From Protoeuglena noctilucae (taxonomy: Eukaryota), in the NCBI GenBank assembly GCA_958009085.1, contig OY253679.1, forward strand, positions 744,001 to 808,000: 64,000 nucleotides of DNA. Direction: 5' to 3'. Below, piece after piece: positions 12,316-24,717 of the stretch (its first letter is position 1; each line of letters starts with the position of its first letter). The notes under the pieces were generated by a model that did not search any database, had not been told where the DNA came from, and saw only the letters and a list, made by a program, of their open reading frames with translations. The translations under genes were made by a program, and so were the position numbers.

Positions 12316-13257
12316 ATGGCGACCCCGGAGGACATCGCCAAGCTCAACGAGATCGCCAAGAAGCCTAACATGTGGGATGAGCTGCGTAAGTTGAAGCCGG
12401 AGGAGCTGAGGAGGTTCCGGTCCCACCTTTCCCAGCAAAACGAGGGCAGGGTCATCCAGGTGGGCATCGCCCGGCACGCCCGCCCTCTGAAGTAGCTCCT
12501 CGTTCGCTGGGGAACGCGCGTCGGCCGCTCGCGCAGGCCATGGCGGCGACGGAGGGGACCATCCGGCACGCGATGAGCCGGGGCTTCTGGGGCTCGGCGG
12601 AGGACGCGTCGAAGTGGCTCGCCCATCGGACGGGGGGCAGCGCTTCCGATGCGGTGCAGCGGGTGCACCGGCTGCAGGCTTGGGTCAAGGCCAACCCGAG
12701 GACCGCGGTGAGGCCTGCGGCGCCCGCACTCCCCACAATAAGTGCGTGGGGCACGGAGCAAGGGATCGGGGGGGCCCCGGCTGCGGCGCGGGGCGGCGGA
12801 ACGCGGGCACAGCAGATGCGCTGCGGGAGCCTGGCCCCGCGCCTGGGGACGCCCCCCGGGCCCTGGCGCTCTGCATGCGTAGCTCTCGATGTCGTGAAGG
12901 CAGTGCGCGGCGCTGTGGCGGGGTACGGGGACCCGTCCGGGCCGTAGGTGCAAAAAGCATCAGCGTTGCTCCTCGAGGCCCTTCCCCGCCGGGCGGCGTT
13001 TGATTTCCTCGGCTCCGCCCCCGCCCTGTGCGCAGCTCGCGGTGGGTGGTTTCGTGGGGATCAAGCTCATCCCGTGGAGCGACGAGATGGTGCTGATCGC
13101 GCTGACGGTCGGCTTCCTGGGGCTCATGCGCGCGTACGCCATGCCGGTGATCTCCGAGTCGCTCAATGAGATGAAGCAGGCCATCAAGACGGAGGTGCTG
13201 TCCGGCAAGCCCCGGCTCAACGCGATGAAGGAGGTCATGGACACCCACATCCGGTGA
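12316..13257 (+). CDS. Hypothetical small membrane protein, multi-exon
   Basis: Exons MATPEDIAKLNEIAKKPNMWDEL / AMAATEGTIRHAMSRGFWGS..WVKANPRTA / LAVGGFVGIKLIPWSDEMVLIALTVGFLGLMRAYAMPVISESLNEMK..HIR* have GC3-rich codons and GT-AG boundaries. Confidence 0.6.
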
Positions 13258-13671
13258 GGCGCCCGACGCACCCCTTGCTTTAACTGAGCAGCCGTCGAAG
13301 CGAGCGGCCGCGAGTCAACGAGCCGCGTCCGCCCGCCCCCGCAGCGCGGCCAACGAGCTCGCCAAGGTGGTGGCGGCGCCGAGGCCGCTGACGTGGGCGC
13401 CGCCCAAGCGGTCGTCCTTCGCCCTCCTTGACTTCACGCGGCGCTTCGTTGCCGTGCAGCGCGACGCCTACGCCTCCGTCAAGCAGCCCGCGTCCTGGTC
13501 GTGGTTCGCGCGCATGGGCAACGAGGTGCCCCTCCCCAAGTGACGCTAGGGCCTTGTTGCACCCGCACCCGTCCCTCTTCGCGGGGGCCCCTCTCGCAGA
13601 CTCCCACGCCGCCGCGCGTGTATTGTTTGAAGTGCGCGTCGCGTAGCGGCGAGGCGCGGGCCCCGTCCCGC

Positions 13672-15348
13672 CTAGCTCTCGCTTGTGCTCGGGCGCGCCG
13701 GCCCCGGCTTGCGCTTGCGCTTGCCGGGGGCGGTGGGCGTGGGGTCCACGCGCGTGCGCCTCTCCTGCCTCCACGGACCCCGGGTGACGAGGTCCAAGAG
13801 ACCCTCCGGCGGGTCGATCTGCAGCACCCCCTTCTCAACGTCCACCACCGGGACGATCTCCCGCACAAAGGGCACCAGCGTGGTGCACTCCACGCCCTCG
13901 GCCGCCGTCTGCGAAGGGACAGCGACTTGGCGTCTGATACAGCACGAGGCCGTGCGCGGTTGGAGTGTTGCTCAGCGTGTGTACGTAGCGCCCGTCGTCG
14001 CGTCGCACCTCAGGCTCCCGCAGCACGCGCAGGCAGTCGTGGGAGCCCGTCCCGTCGCAGACCTCGACGACGCGGCCCACGTGCTGCCCCGCGACGGTCG
14101 CGACTTGCAGCCCGACCAGGTCCTGGATGTAGAACGTGCTGTCGTCCTTGCCCAGGTCCTCACGGTCCGAGGTGGGGAAGTACAGCATCTGGCCCCTGAG
14201 GGCCTCGGCCGCCTCTCTCGTCTGCGAGAAGACCGACACGGGCCCTGCTCTGTCCAGTGAATGAATCCAAATACGATGACGGAACGCACCGCCCGCGACA
14301 GCACCCCCGAAGCCTCAGTCGACCTCGACCTGGCCGGGCCCTTGCGTGTGAGCAGAGCTACGGTCACTAACCTCGACTTCTGCGAACCGCATGATCCATC
14401 CCGGCATGCCCTTGAACAGGACCTCGCGCCCGGTGAGCAACGTCAGCGGCTTTGGTGCGGCACGGTGGGCGGAGACACCGACGCGGCCCCCGATGAGGCG
14501 CCGGCCGGCCGTCCCCAGCCGCGCATCCGGCTCGTCCGTCTCGGGCCGGACTTTGACCTCCCCGTGGACCCTGCGGAAGGTTGCGTGGGCGTTAACAGGG
14601 CGTCCCACGGGCTGCGAGCCAGGGGCAGCGACCAGACGCAAGCGACCCTCACCCGTGAGCTCCCATGATTTCACCAATCTCGACCAGCCCCTCGTACTCG
14701 CTTGAAAAGTCCTGCCGCGGCGCAGGGCTGCTCGCATCCGCGACCCTGCGCATTAGGGCACGAATAGCGGCGGCTTGACTCTGTTTTTCAGCAGTGCCCA
14801 CTGAGTGATGGAGAAGCGCAGTCGTTATATCTATCTGCCCTCCTGAGACGCCAGTGCGAGCTGCGCACCGGGCACGGTTGGCTGCCGAGTCGCTGACGGC
14901 CTGCGTCGCCCGCTCCCCGCCCCGCCTCAACCCTCGACCGCCCCACGCCCGCCATATGGCTCTTGAAACCAGCGCGGGGCTCTGCCTGCAACTGGTCGAG
15001 GCGGGCGCCGAGGGCGGGGCCACCCAGCCCCGCACCGTGCCGTGCATGTCAGCAGCCTGTCTCGACGCTGTGAGCACCGCCTGCGACGACCGGCGCTGCT
15101 AGCACGATGCGTGAGGCCTGGGACGAGGACGCCTCGCGAAAAAATTGGGACACTGCAGTTGCAGCGCCAGTGACACTCGCGCGGCGTGCAGGAGAGATGT
15201 TCGTGGGTATGCTACTTCGCGATGCACTTTCTAACACATCCGCGTCACGTGCTTGCGTGAGAAGGGGACCGCGGAGCTTCATTAAAGGCTTCTGCCTCCC
15301 ACTCCGCATCCCAGAAGCTTGTGCCGCGCTCAGGCGCGGGCGCATCAT
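13672..15348 (-). CDS. rimM: Ribosome maturation factor RimM (plastid-type), multi-exon
   Basis: Motifs VEIGEIMGAHG-VHGEVKVRPETDEP, REAAEALRGQMLY, FYIQDLVGLQV, VGRVVEV and LVPFVREIVPVVDVEKGVLQIDPPEGLLDL. Ser/Arg/Ala-rich transit-peptide-like N-terminus; 5' exons approximate. Confidence 0.9.
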
Positions 15349-15538
15349 GCTTGTCTCGCGGCGTCTGTAAGCTTCGTGGGGACCTGTGGCCGGGAGATCC
15401 CCGCTGTCTCAGTCAGAGGGCTATAGAGAGGCGACTGTCCCGTCGGGCCTGGCCGGGGGACCCAGCGGCCCTGTCGGGCGGGCGCCTTAACGTGATCGCG
15501 CAGCTAGAGAGTCACTCCGTCTAGCCAGTCGGGCGGCC

Positions 15539-18500
15539 ATGTCGCAGCCGGATCGGAGGCCGGCTCCGGGGGCTGTGTCTGCAACCAGGTGAGCCCATTG
15601 GGAGCAACCGCGCTTCCGGCGGTCCAATGGCGATGTCGCAGTGATGAACTAATAACTGACGTCTTCTGCGACTTGACTCTCGTGGCCCGCCGTGCGCAGG
15701 GGCCCAGGGGCCGCGGATGCGCACGCAGCGCTGGGGTCGGGGGAGGCGGGCAGGACTTTTCAGCTTGTGCGCGAGTGGGAGGCCAAGGCTGCCCTGTCAG
15801 ACTCGCAGCTGGAAGCGCTGGAGAGGATCGCGGAGCTTTGCGCGAACCGGCCCCTGCCGGATCACCTCGCAGAAAGGTGTGCGCAGTGCAAGGGTCAAGG
15901 TCTGCCTGCGTTCAGCGCAGCACTGGCTTCCTGAATTTCCATTCCGCATCGCCGCTCCGCTCAGTGCATCCACTGCCATCACTCCGACCTCGCCTGCTGT
16001 CCCGCAGCGATGATGGGGCCGCGCTGTCGCCCACCGCCAGCGCTGCCCAGGCCGCCACCCCATCTGCGCTGCATGGGAGGGGCCATGCCCCTCCGGCGCA
16101 CGACATTGCCCCGGGGAGACTGGAGACGCCTCAGGATTTCTTTGAATGGCACACCCGCCTCGAGGTGCCCAGGGCAGCAGTTAGGGCTGTAGCCACTAGC
16201 GACGTGTCATGGGGGGGTCATGGCGGGGGCCCAGAGCATGAGAGTACGACTAATGCCCATCTCGGTGCCGCAGGCTGCGTGGGAAGCCCAGGAGGACGGG
16301 CGCTACCGCGAGCACGCAGCCTCATTGGGGCGTTGCGTGGACGGGGCCGACGCGCTGCTGGCGGCGGCCACGGCGGCGGCGGCGGAGCTGGACGCGGTCG
16401 AGGCGGGCGCGGAGGGCGTGCGCGCGACGGCCGCGAGTCTCGACGAGACGTGCAATCGCCTCGTCTCCGAGCGCAACCAGCTCGAGTCCTTTGCGTCGGA
16501 GCTCGCCAAGCGCCTGGTGCACTTCGACCGCCTCGACCGCCTCTCCGACGCCGTCCTGCATATGTCCGCGCAGCGGCTGGACGTGAACGAGACCCTCGCG
16601 GCCGCGGGGGACCTTGTCGCAGCTATCGCCTTCCTGCGCGCCCACGCGCACTACGCCGACGCCCAGGCCTACCTCTCGCGCGCCCGGCAGGTCGAGGCGC
16701 GACTGCTCGGCATCGTGCGGTTCCGCGCGCAGACCGTCCTGCAGCAGGTGCGCGCAGAGGAGGTGCAGCGTCCCCAGCATGCCCAGCACGTGCGCAAACC
16801 GGGCCACCTGATAGCCAGATGCGCGTGCGATGAGTGTCGTTCTCACGTTTCTGATGTCCGCAGGGGACGGCGGCGGCGCACGAGGAGATGGCGCGGCCGG
16901 CGACGGCGGGGGAGGAGCGCCCACGCACGGCTGCAGCCCAGGCGGCCCTCCTGCAGGCCAGGTTCCGGTCTGTGGCGGAGGTCCACTTGAAAGACCTCCT
17001 GTCGGGACTGGAGGCGCTGGCGGAGGAGTCTCCGGAGCTCGCGGAGCTCCTGAAAGGTGCGGCGGGGATGAAGGAGGGGCAACAGGGTGGACGTGAACGC
17101 ATGCATGCGTGGCAGGAGCTGTGGAGTGCCGGGCTGGGCACTCTTGCCGCTTCTCATCGCGCTGTCAGCCTAGCGTCCCGCCTGCTATCCGAGCTGCAAT
17201 GCAATACACCTGCTCCATGTACATGTCGTGTCCCTCGCACGCAGACGTCCGCCACAGCTTCGGCTCAGCTCGCTGGGAGTCCCTCCGAAGCTCCGTCGAG
17301 CCAGCCATCGCGCAGCTCCAGGCTGAAGCCGTCAAGCGGGGCCAGGCGGCAGCGGGCCCAGCCCCGGTCCCAGCCAAGCCGTCGCCAGCGGCCGCCTCAG
17401 GCACCCCAGCCGGTCCACCTGCGAACACGCCATCCCCTGCCACGTCCACCCCCGGCAGCCCCGACCTCGTCTGGTTCCTCCGCGAGTCTCTCCAGTTCCT
17501 CTCCCACGTGTGCCGCTCCGAGCTCTCCCTCCTCGCCCACTTCTTCCCCCGTGCCGCTGCTGCCGACCCCGCCGCGTGCCTCGAGGGCCTGCTCTCCCGT
17601 GCCGAGCAGCCCCTCTACGATCGCGCCCGCGCGGCCATCGTGTCCGTCGCCACCGTCGACGACCTCTGCGGATTCGTGGACGTGCTGACGAAGGAGTTTC
17701 TGACGTCAGACGAGGCAGGGGTGGACGACGCGAGCCCCGCGGCCTTGCTGAGGGCGCTAGTGGAACGCATACTGGCGGACGCGCGGCAGAGGCTCACGTT
17801 CCGGTGCCAGGCCTTCCTGAGGGACAAAGGTGCGTGGGGGGTGCGTGGGGGAACGGGGTTGGGTTCGGGTGCATGGGGGCTTTGGGCGAGGGCGCTTGGG
17901 TGAGCCTGGAGTGGGTGCCTGACTTTTGATATAGTTTAAGCCCCCGCAGTGGTCGGGTATGCCCCAACGGAGGAGGACGCCCTCGTCGGGCAGCGCCTGC
18001 TGAAGCTGCCATGCGCGGCCCCCACGCCCACCCCCACGCCCTCCCCCACCCCCGCACACGGCGACGGCCAGGCTGACCCGAACGGCGACGAGGGCAGGGC
18101 TGAGGCGGCAACGGGGCAGGCGCGGGACGCGGTGGCCGACAGTGCGACGTCGCGGGAAGCCTTCTTGTGTCCCCCAGTGCAGGCGACACTGCAGGTCCTG
18201 GTGAGCCATGGGCATGCAGGAAGGAGTCTTTTTGTTTGTAGATAGCAATTAGTACGTATTTGCCAATCGATCATGTACAGGGCTCCACACAAGCGTCTGC
18301 ACGATCCTTCCACATGCCCGGCATGCCCCGTTCCTCAATCGGTGCTGCCAAAGCACCAACCCACACCACCCGCCACACCACATCACCACCTCGCCTCGGC
18401 TGCAGGGCCGCATGCACGGCCGCCTGGCCCAGGCCGTGTTCGTGGGGTTGGCATCCGAGGCGATCCAGGCGTGCCTGGCGGCGGTGGGGCGCCTGCGCGA

Positions 18501-19614
18501 GGCCGTCGCCGCGCGGCGGGGTCCCACGGAGGCGTGGCTGGCTGCGGTGATGAACTGGATGGCACTGAGAGACAGGCGAGCGTGATAGTACGTACATAGC
18601 AAGTGCACTATCAGTTCTGCCCAGCTACTCATTCTCGCCAATCTCTCCAACCATATCTCATCCACCCCTCACAGGCTTGCGTCGTTCAAGGCTGACTTGA
18701 CGGTCTCCGACATCGACATTGACTTCTCCGGGATGCGCAGTCAGCTGCAGCGTCTGTTTGCGGGACAGCTCCCGACGGTGGGCGCGGGGCGGCACGGGGG
18801 CGCGGTGTGGGACATCCTGGTACAGGGCGGCATCGAAGTGAGGTGAGGGCAAAGCTCAGTGCATGAAGGCATGCGAGTGAGGTGAGGCAACATCCAAGTG
18901 AGATGAGGGTTTCCTTGCAGCTAGCGCAAATCGTTGCCGCCCTGCCTTACATTGACTGCCCTCGCTTCACTCGCAGCGAGCGCCACATGGACCCCCGACG
19001 GGAGCTGGACCTCCGCTTGGGGAGGGCATGCGAGTCGCTGATTGCGGCCGTCATGAGGGACGCCGTGGAGCCACTCCTGGGGTTCCTCACCGCCGCCACG
19101 GCCGCGCAGGTTAGGGCCGGGGTATGGGAGGCGCAGCTGGGACAAGCCGCATCGTGACAGCGGCACAAGGGACACCTGCACAACGCTCTATGCCACACCC
19201 AGCACGGCTGGGATATGTCGTTTTGTCGCGTTCCTAAGAAAGCGTGACACCCTCCCCCTTCCCCACAATTGCCCACCTGCGGTGCGCCCCCGCCCACAGG
19301 TGTCCGAGGGACCCTCGGCGACCCGCCCGCTGCGAGACTTGGACTTCGCTCGCCCTGACCGCGTCCGCGCCATCGTCGCCGACACCAACGCCCGCCTCCG
19401 CCGGGTGCTCCCCGAGGTGGCGGGGGCGCTCTGGGCTTTCCTGCCCGACCCTGACGCTCGTGCGGTGCTAGCGCGTCCCATCCGTGGCAACGTCAGCGAG
19501 GCGATGGGGCAGCTGACGGCCGTGCTGTGGCAGGAGTACGCTCAGGGGGAGGTGCAGGAGCTGGGGCTGATGGGAGCCGAGGAGCTGGCGGGGCTCTTGG
19601 GGCAGCTTGGCTGA
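15539..19614 (+). CDS. COG3: Conserved oligomeric Golgi complex subunit 3 (Sec34), multi-exon
   Basis: Motifs LETPQDFFEWHTRLE, LDETCNRLVSERNQLESFASELAKRLVHFDRLD, IAFLRAHAHYADAQAY, LYDRARAAIV, ERILADARQRLTFRCQAFL and MDPRRELDLRLGRACE. Confidence 0.88.
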
Positions 19615-20146
19615 CGTGCCGCACGCATGCTGCCGCGACTGTGGACTGATGAGCAACACTAGTTGGTTGCTGCCGGCTTGGTGTCGGTTGGAATGTTGAA
19701 CGCGACTGGGAAGGCGCGGCAGGCAGAGGGCGAGCGCATGCGCGCGCCCGTCGACCCCCTCTATACAAGCAGGGCAATGGGCAGCTCTCAGCGGCGTGCA
19801 TGCCGGGCAGACTAAGAAGCGGAAAAGCGGGCGGCGTCGATGCGGGACGGCACGTGGCGACTGCGGCCGGAAGAGGTGGTCGCGAGGGGCGGGCGCGTGG
19901 GACCGGCGCAGTGCATGCGTGCCGACCCCCGCTGCGGGGCGTGCAAGAGGAAGGTGGGCACTCCAGGGGTGGCAACGGACAGGCACAGAAAAGGTCAAGT
20001 TGCTATCGATGCACGACGGCGGCGCCCAAACCAGGAGAGCGCGGGCTGCGAGGCGGCCAGCGACGCCCGCGCCTCCCCGTCCGGGAAAGGTCACCGCCTG
20101 CTCTGCGGCAGCCGGCCGGCGCCACTCGACTCCGACGCGCCGCCCC

Positions 20147-22206
20147 TCATATCTGCGGCGTCTCGGTGGCGATGAGGTCCACGTTGTTGTTGGCGGCGGG
20201 GGCAGCGGTGGCGTAGTTGGGGTTGCCGTTGCCGTTAGCGCCCCGCTCCCTGTACTTCCTCATGGCTTCCTTCGCGGAGTCGGAGGCGTCCATGGGGTAG
20301 GCAGAGCCGCCGTGCATGGACACGTCGAGACCGATGAACTCCTCCTGCTGAGAGACGCGCAGGCGGCCGATGTACTTGAGGAATGCGAAGAGCGCGAACA
20401 TGTGCACGAGCGTCCACGCCGAGATGACGATGATGCCGATGATCTGCGCGGGGCAGGCGACAGGCGAGGGAGTGATGATCTAAGTGAGCAGCGGGGGTGC
20501 GGTTGTGGCTGAGACGAGGGCCAGGTGAGGTTGATGACCACTCGCCCAGCTTGGCGCGATCCCACTGTACCCAGTCGCCCCACCCCCGCAGCCCCCACCC
20601 CAGACGCGTGTGCCGCCACGTGCCCTCCCTCCCTCTCTCACCTGCGCCCCGAAGAGCTTGCCGTTGCCCCCGTAGAAGATGCCCTTGGCGACCGAGGCGA
20701 CGTCGGCGCCGTAGGTCATGGACACGTAGGCGGGCTTGGCGAGCCACCCGACGGCGAAGAGCCCCCAGGCGCCGCAGAAGGCGTGCATGTTGACGGCCTC
20801 GAGGGGATCGTCGATGCGGAGGCGCACGAGGAGCTTGCCACCGTAGTTGAAGATGACGCCCCCGAGGGCGCCAATGAGGACGGCGGCCCATGGCTCGACG
20901 ATGGGGGCGGAGGCGGTGATAGAGACCAGGCCGGACAGGAGGCCGTTGCAGACGTTGATCATGTCCCACTGCGCCGTCTGCACCCAGGACAGTAACAGCT
21001 GCGCCAGGCCGCCGCCCGCCGCGGCCAGCGTGGTGGTGACGGCCGTGCGGGCCACGGTGGCGGCGGCGTTGGGCGTCGAGATGGTGAGCATCGAGCCCGG
21101 GTTGAACCCGTACCACCCGAACCACAGCAGGAAGGTCCCCAGGCAGAGCAGCGTCGCCGAGTGGCCGGGGAGGGGCACGGGGCGGCCCTGGGCGTCGAAG
21201 CGGCCGATGCGGGGGCCCACCATGACGGCACCCGCCAGGCCAGCCCAGCCCCCGACCATGTGCACGACCCCGCACCCCGCAAAGTCCAGGACGCCCGTCT
21301 GCAAGAGCCGCCCTGAGGCCTTGAACGCACTCATCCACCCGAACTCACTCCACACCCAATGGCTGACCAACGGATACTGAGGGCAGGAGACGGAAGGAGG
21401 GGGGGTTCAGGATAGGCTGTGCCCAGTCAGGGCACGCCGTGCCCGGCGCTGGCTCACAGGCCGCCCAGCAACGCGGTGGTGCGAAGCCGAGGCGGTCGTA
21501 GCACATGCTCGTCTCGCCGCGCCGCCCCTCACCACCCACGCCGTGAGGAAGACGGAGAAGGTCAGGTAGGCGACGAAGTGGGTGCGCTCGGCCAGGGAGC
21601 CGACGGTGATGGTGGAGGCGGCAGCCGCGAAGGCCCACTGGAAAAGCCAGAAGGAGAAGGGGTGGAAGTCCGAGAAGTTCATCGACAACGCGAACTGGCC
21701 GCACCCGATGAAGCCGTTGGACGTGTGGTGCTTGCCGCACACGCCGTACGCGAAACCGTACCCGATGAGCCTGCGGATGGGGGCGGGGGACGTCGGCCTG
21801 GATGCACCGGGCGCGAAGCGCTTCTGCGGGGGTGCCGGCGATCCAGGAGAGACGCTTATGCTTACCAGTACGAAATGGCGCCGCCGCAGGCGTCCATGAC
21901 GTTCTTGAGGAGGATATTGACCGTATTCTTGGAGCGCACCGCGCCGGCGCACAGCATGGCGAACCCGGCCTGCATGATGAAGACCAGGTAGGCCGAGAAC
22001 AGCATGTAGAGGATGTCAAGCTCGCTGGAGAGGTCCGGGGACGAGCTCGAGGCCGCCATCGCGCGCCTCAGGCCGCCCTCCAGCAGGCCGCCCCCTGCCG
22101 CAGCCCCATCGTGCGGCAGCTGCAGCTGGTTGCAGATGATGTCCGCCGAGGCAGCTCCCACACTCTGCACCAGCGTGGCGAGCTGCTCCGCCGAGCACCC
22201 CGTCAT
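20147..22206 (-). CDS. AMT1: AMT1-type ammonium transporter, 4 exons
   Basis: Motifs LFSAYLVFIMQAGFAMLCAGAVRSKN, FWLFQWAFAAA, GSLAERT, LDFAGCGVVHMVGG, GPRIGRF, LWFGWYGFNPGS, IDDPLEAVNMH and IGLDVSMHGGSAY. Confidence 0.97.
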
Positions 22207-23159
22207 CGTCCCGGCTAGGCAGGCGCGGCGGACCGCCCTGCGAGGATGGGGATAACGCGCTGGGGTGGACCAGCGTGGTCCCCAGTGACACAATTACGAT
22301 CTTAAGTCCAACCACAAACCCGGACGCCCGCGAGGAGGCCTCCTCCCGCGGGCAAGGCGGGAAATCATCGGCTGGCCACGTGCCACGTGCGCCTGTCGCG
22401 AACGCGGCTCCAATGATTGTAATAAGAGTGGGATCGAAACGAGGTGGAGGAAAGGCGGCGACGAGGTGCGTGGGAGGGCGTCCAGCGGGCCCGCCGTCAT
22501 CAACGGCCGCCGTCCCGCGAGACGGGGACACGCGCGGGCCTCAAATTTCGACCGGGTGTTCTTTTGCAACCCAAACACGCACAGATGCAGGCATTTGCAC
22601 TGGAAGGTCCGGAAGTGGCCTCTGGATCCCGAGCTCCTCTTCTCTTCCCTCACCTCTGGCCGCGCTCTTCACGCAGTGACTCGACAAATAGCTAGACTTT
22701 GACGCAAGCAATTGCTTTGCCGGTTGACTCGTGCAACGCGCCCGGGAAGGGGGTGGAAAATGTCCAGATGTTGTCTGACTGGGTGGTACCCTCACAGCCG
22801 CGAGCATCAGAGATTTCAGGCCAGAGCATGCTGCCTCCTATTCATCTGTTAGTACGACCCTCGGCTCCCCGCCTACGCGGTGCTTTGCTACTCCCCGGCC
22901 GCAGCACAGAAGGGGAAAAGGCGCGAAACGTGTGAAACCGCCAAGCAAATGAAAACTGGCTCGTCGGTTCAGGGAGCACCCCAACCAACAGCGTCTGCGC
23001 TGTGCCTCTTCCTCGACAGGGTGGCGCATACGGGCTGAAGCACGGCCTGCAAAGAGGGCGCAGTGGCATGCCTGTTTGAATTAACATTCCCCAACCTCTA
23101 CCCCGCACGTCCACGCACGCCCCACCGCATGCCCGCCCCCGAGCACCCCCACGCACCCG

Positions 23160-24146
23160 TCAGGCCTTGGGCCCGTTCGCCTCCGCCCCGCCGGGGGACT
23201 GGTGCTCAGACAAGAAGTGCTCGGCCTCCAACGCGGCCATGCACCCCGTCCCCGCCGCCGTGATCGCCTGCCTCCAGCGGCGGTCCTGCACGTCCCCCGC
23301 CGCAAACACGCCCTCCACGGACGTCTTCGTGCTCCCCGGCTCGGTGCGGATGTACCCGTCCGCGTCCGTATCGAGCTGCCCGGCGAGGAACTTGGACGCC
23401 GGCTCGTGCCCGATCGCGAAGAAGAGCCCCGCGACGTCCAGCGCCCGCGGGGCGCCCCCAACCGTGCTCTCCAGGTGCATGCGCGAGAGGAGGCCCCGGT
23501 CGTCCCCCTCGGCGCGCACCACCACGGCGTTCCACACCACCTCCACCTTCGGGTTCGCCAGCAGGCGCTCCTGCATGATCTTGCTGGCCCGGAAGGCGTC
23601 CCGCCGGTGCACCACGTACACCTTGCTGGCGTACCGGGACAGGAACATGGCCTCCTCCATGGCCGAGTCGCCGCCGCCCACCACGGCCACGGGCTTCTTG
23701 CGGAAGATGGGCGCCGCGCCGTCGCACACCGCGCACGCCGAGATGCCGTTGTTCCAGTACGTGTCGGACCCCTCAAACGCCATGCGCCGCGCCGTGGCGC
23801 CGGTGGCCACGATGAGCGTGTCCGCCGTGTACTCCCCCGAGGACGTCACCAGACGGAAGGGGCGCTGCCGCAGGTCCACGGAGGCCACCGTCTCGGCACG
23901 GATCTGCGTGCCGAACCGCGCGCTCTGCTGCCGGAGCCGCTCGCAGAGCTCCCCGCCCAGGATGCCCTCCGGGAAGCCGGGGAAGTTCTCCACGTCCGTC
24001 GTCGTCGTCAGCTGGCCGCCTGGCGTCATCCCCTGGGCGATGTCGCCCTCAAACAGGAGCGTGCTGAGCTGAGCGCGCGACGCGTAGATGGCGGCCGTGT
24101 GGGCCGCGGGGCCCGACCCGATGATCGCCACGTTGCAATGAGACAT
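23160..24146 (-). CDS. NTR: NADPH-dependent thioredoxin reductase (low-MW NTR); coding region uninterrupted
   Basis: Motifs [40 protein letters not shown] (redox CxxC), [21 protein letters not shown] and [16 protein letters not shown]. First ATG at 24146; probable 5'UTR intron 24147-24278. Confidence 0.97.
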   Translation of the reverse strand: MSHCNVAIIGSGPAAHTAAIYASRAQLSTLLFEGDIAQGMTPGGQLTTTTDVENFPGFPEGILGGELCERLRQQSARFGTQIRAETVASVDLRQRPFRLVTSSGEYTADTLIVATGATARRMAFEGSDTYWNNGISACAVCDGAAPIFRKKPVAVVGGGDSAMEEAMFLSRYASKVYVVHRRDAFRASKIMQERLLANPKVEVVWNAVVVRAEGDDRGLLSRMHLESTVGGAPRALDVAGLFFAIGHEPASKFLAGQLDTDADGYIRTEPGSTKTSVEGVFAAGDVQDRRWRQAITAAGTGCMAALEAEHFLSEHQSPGGAEANGPKA

Positions 24147-24717
24147 CTGTGCGCAGAGGGAGCGGCGGACGAACGTCGGCGGACGGGCCGTCGCGCGCGC
24201 GGCGCAGCATGGGAGGCCCCTGGTCCGTGGGAGTGGGAGGGCGCGCGCGCGAAGCGGGAAAAGGAAAGATGTGCGCACGTGGTTGCTTCGTCGTTACAGC
24301 GAATGATGCGGGTGAATCTCCGAATCTCCGAACGAAGATGCCGGGAAGGGAGCGCGCGGGGACAGCATTTCAGGCCCGGGCTTTGCGAGCGAGTCCTGGG
24401 GCAACCGCCGTCAGATTCAAGGGACTGCGACGGCAGGCACCCGCAGAAACAAGTCCCGCGCAGGTTGGTGGCGCGGGAAGCGCCGCTCACCTCGGAGGAT
24501 TGCGGGTCTGCGACAGCGCAGGTGGCGGGAGGTTGCGTGCCAGTCGTCCCGGAGCCAAAGCAGCGGGAAAACATAAGCTGGCAATTCAATATCGAGAGAG
24601 AAATGCGGCGCGCGGCAGCTGACCCTCGAGGAAGCCCAAGCCGCATGACGCCAGGCGCTCCCTGACACGTGGGCCCATGTCGCGGCCATGCGCCTTATGC
24701 CGCAAGCCCAACGACCT

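Noticed and set aside
23160..24278. Intronless NTR as a bacterial HGT, or a 372-aa protein starting at GTG 24278
   Set aside because: The sequence has eukaryotic NTR features ([24 protein letters not shown]) and host-like codon use. Segment 24278-24147 starts GTGCGC and ends CAG, so it is most likely a 5'UTR intron.
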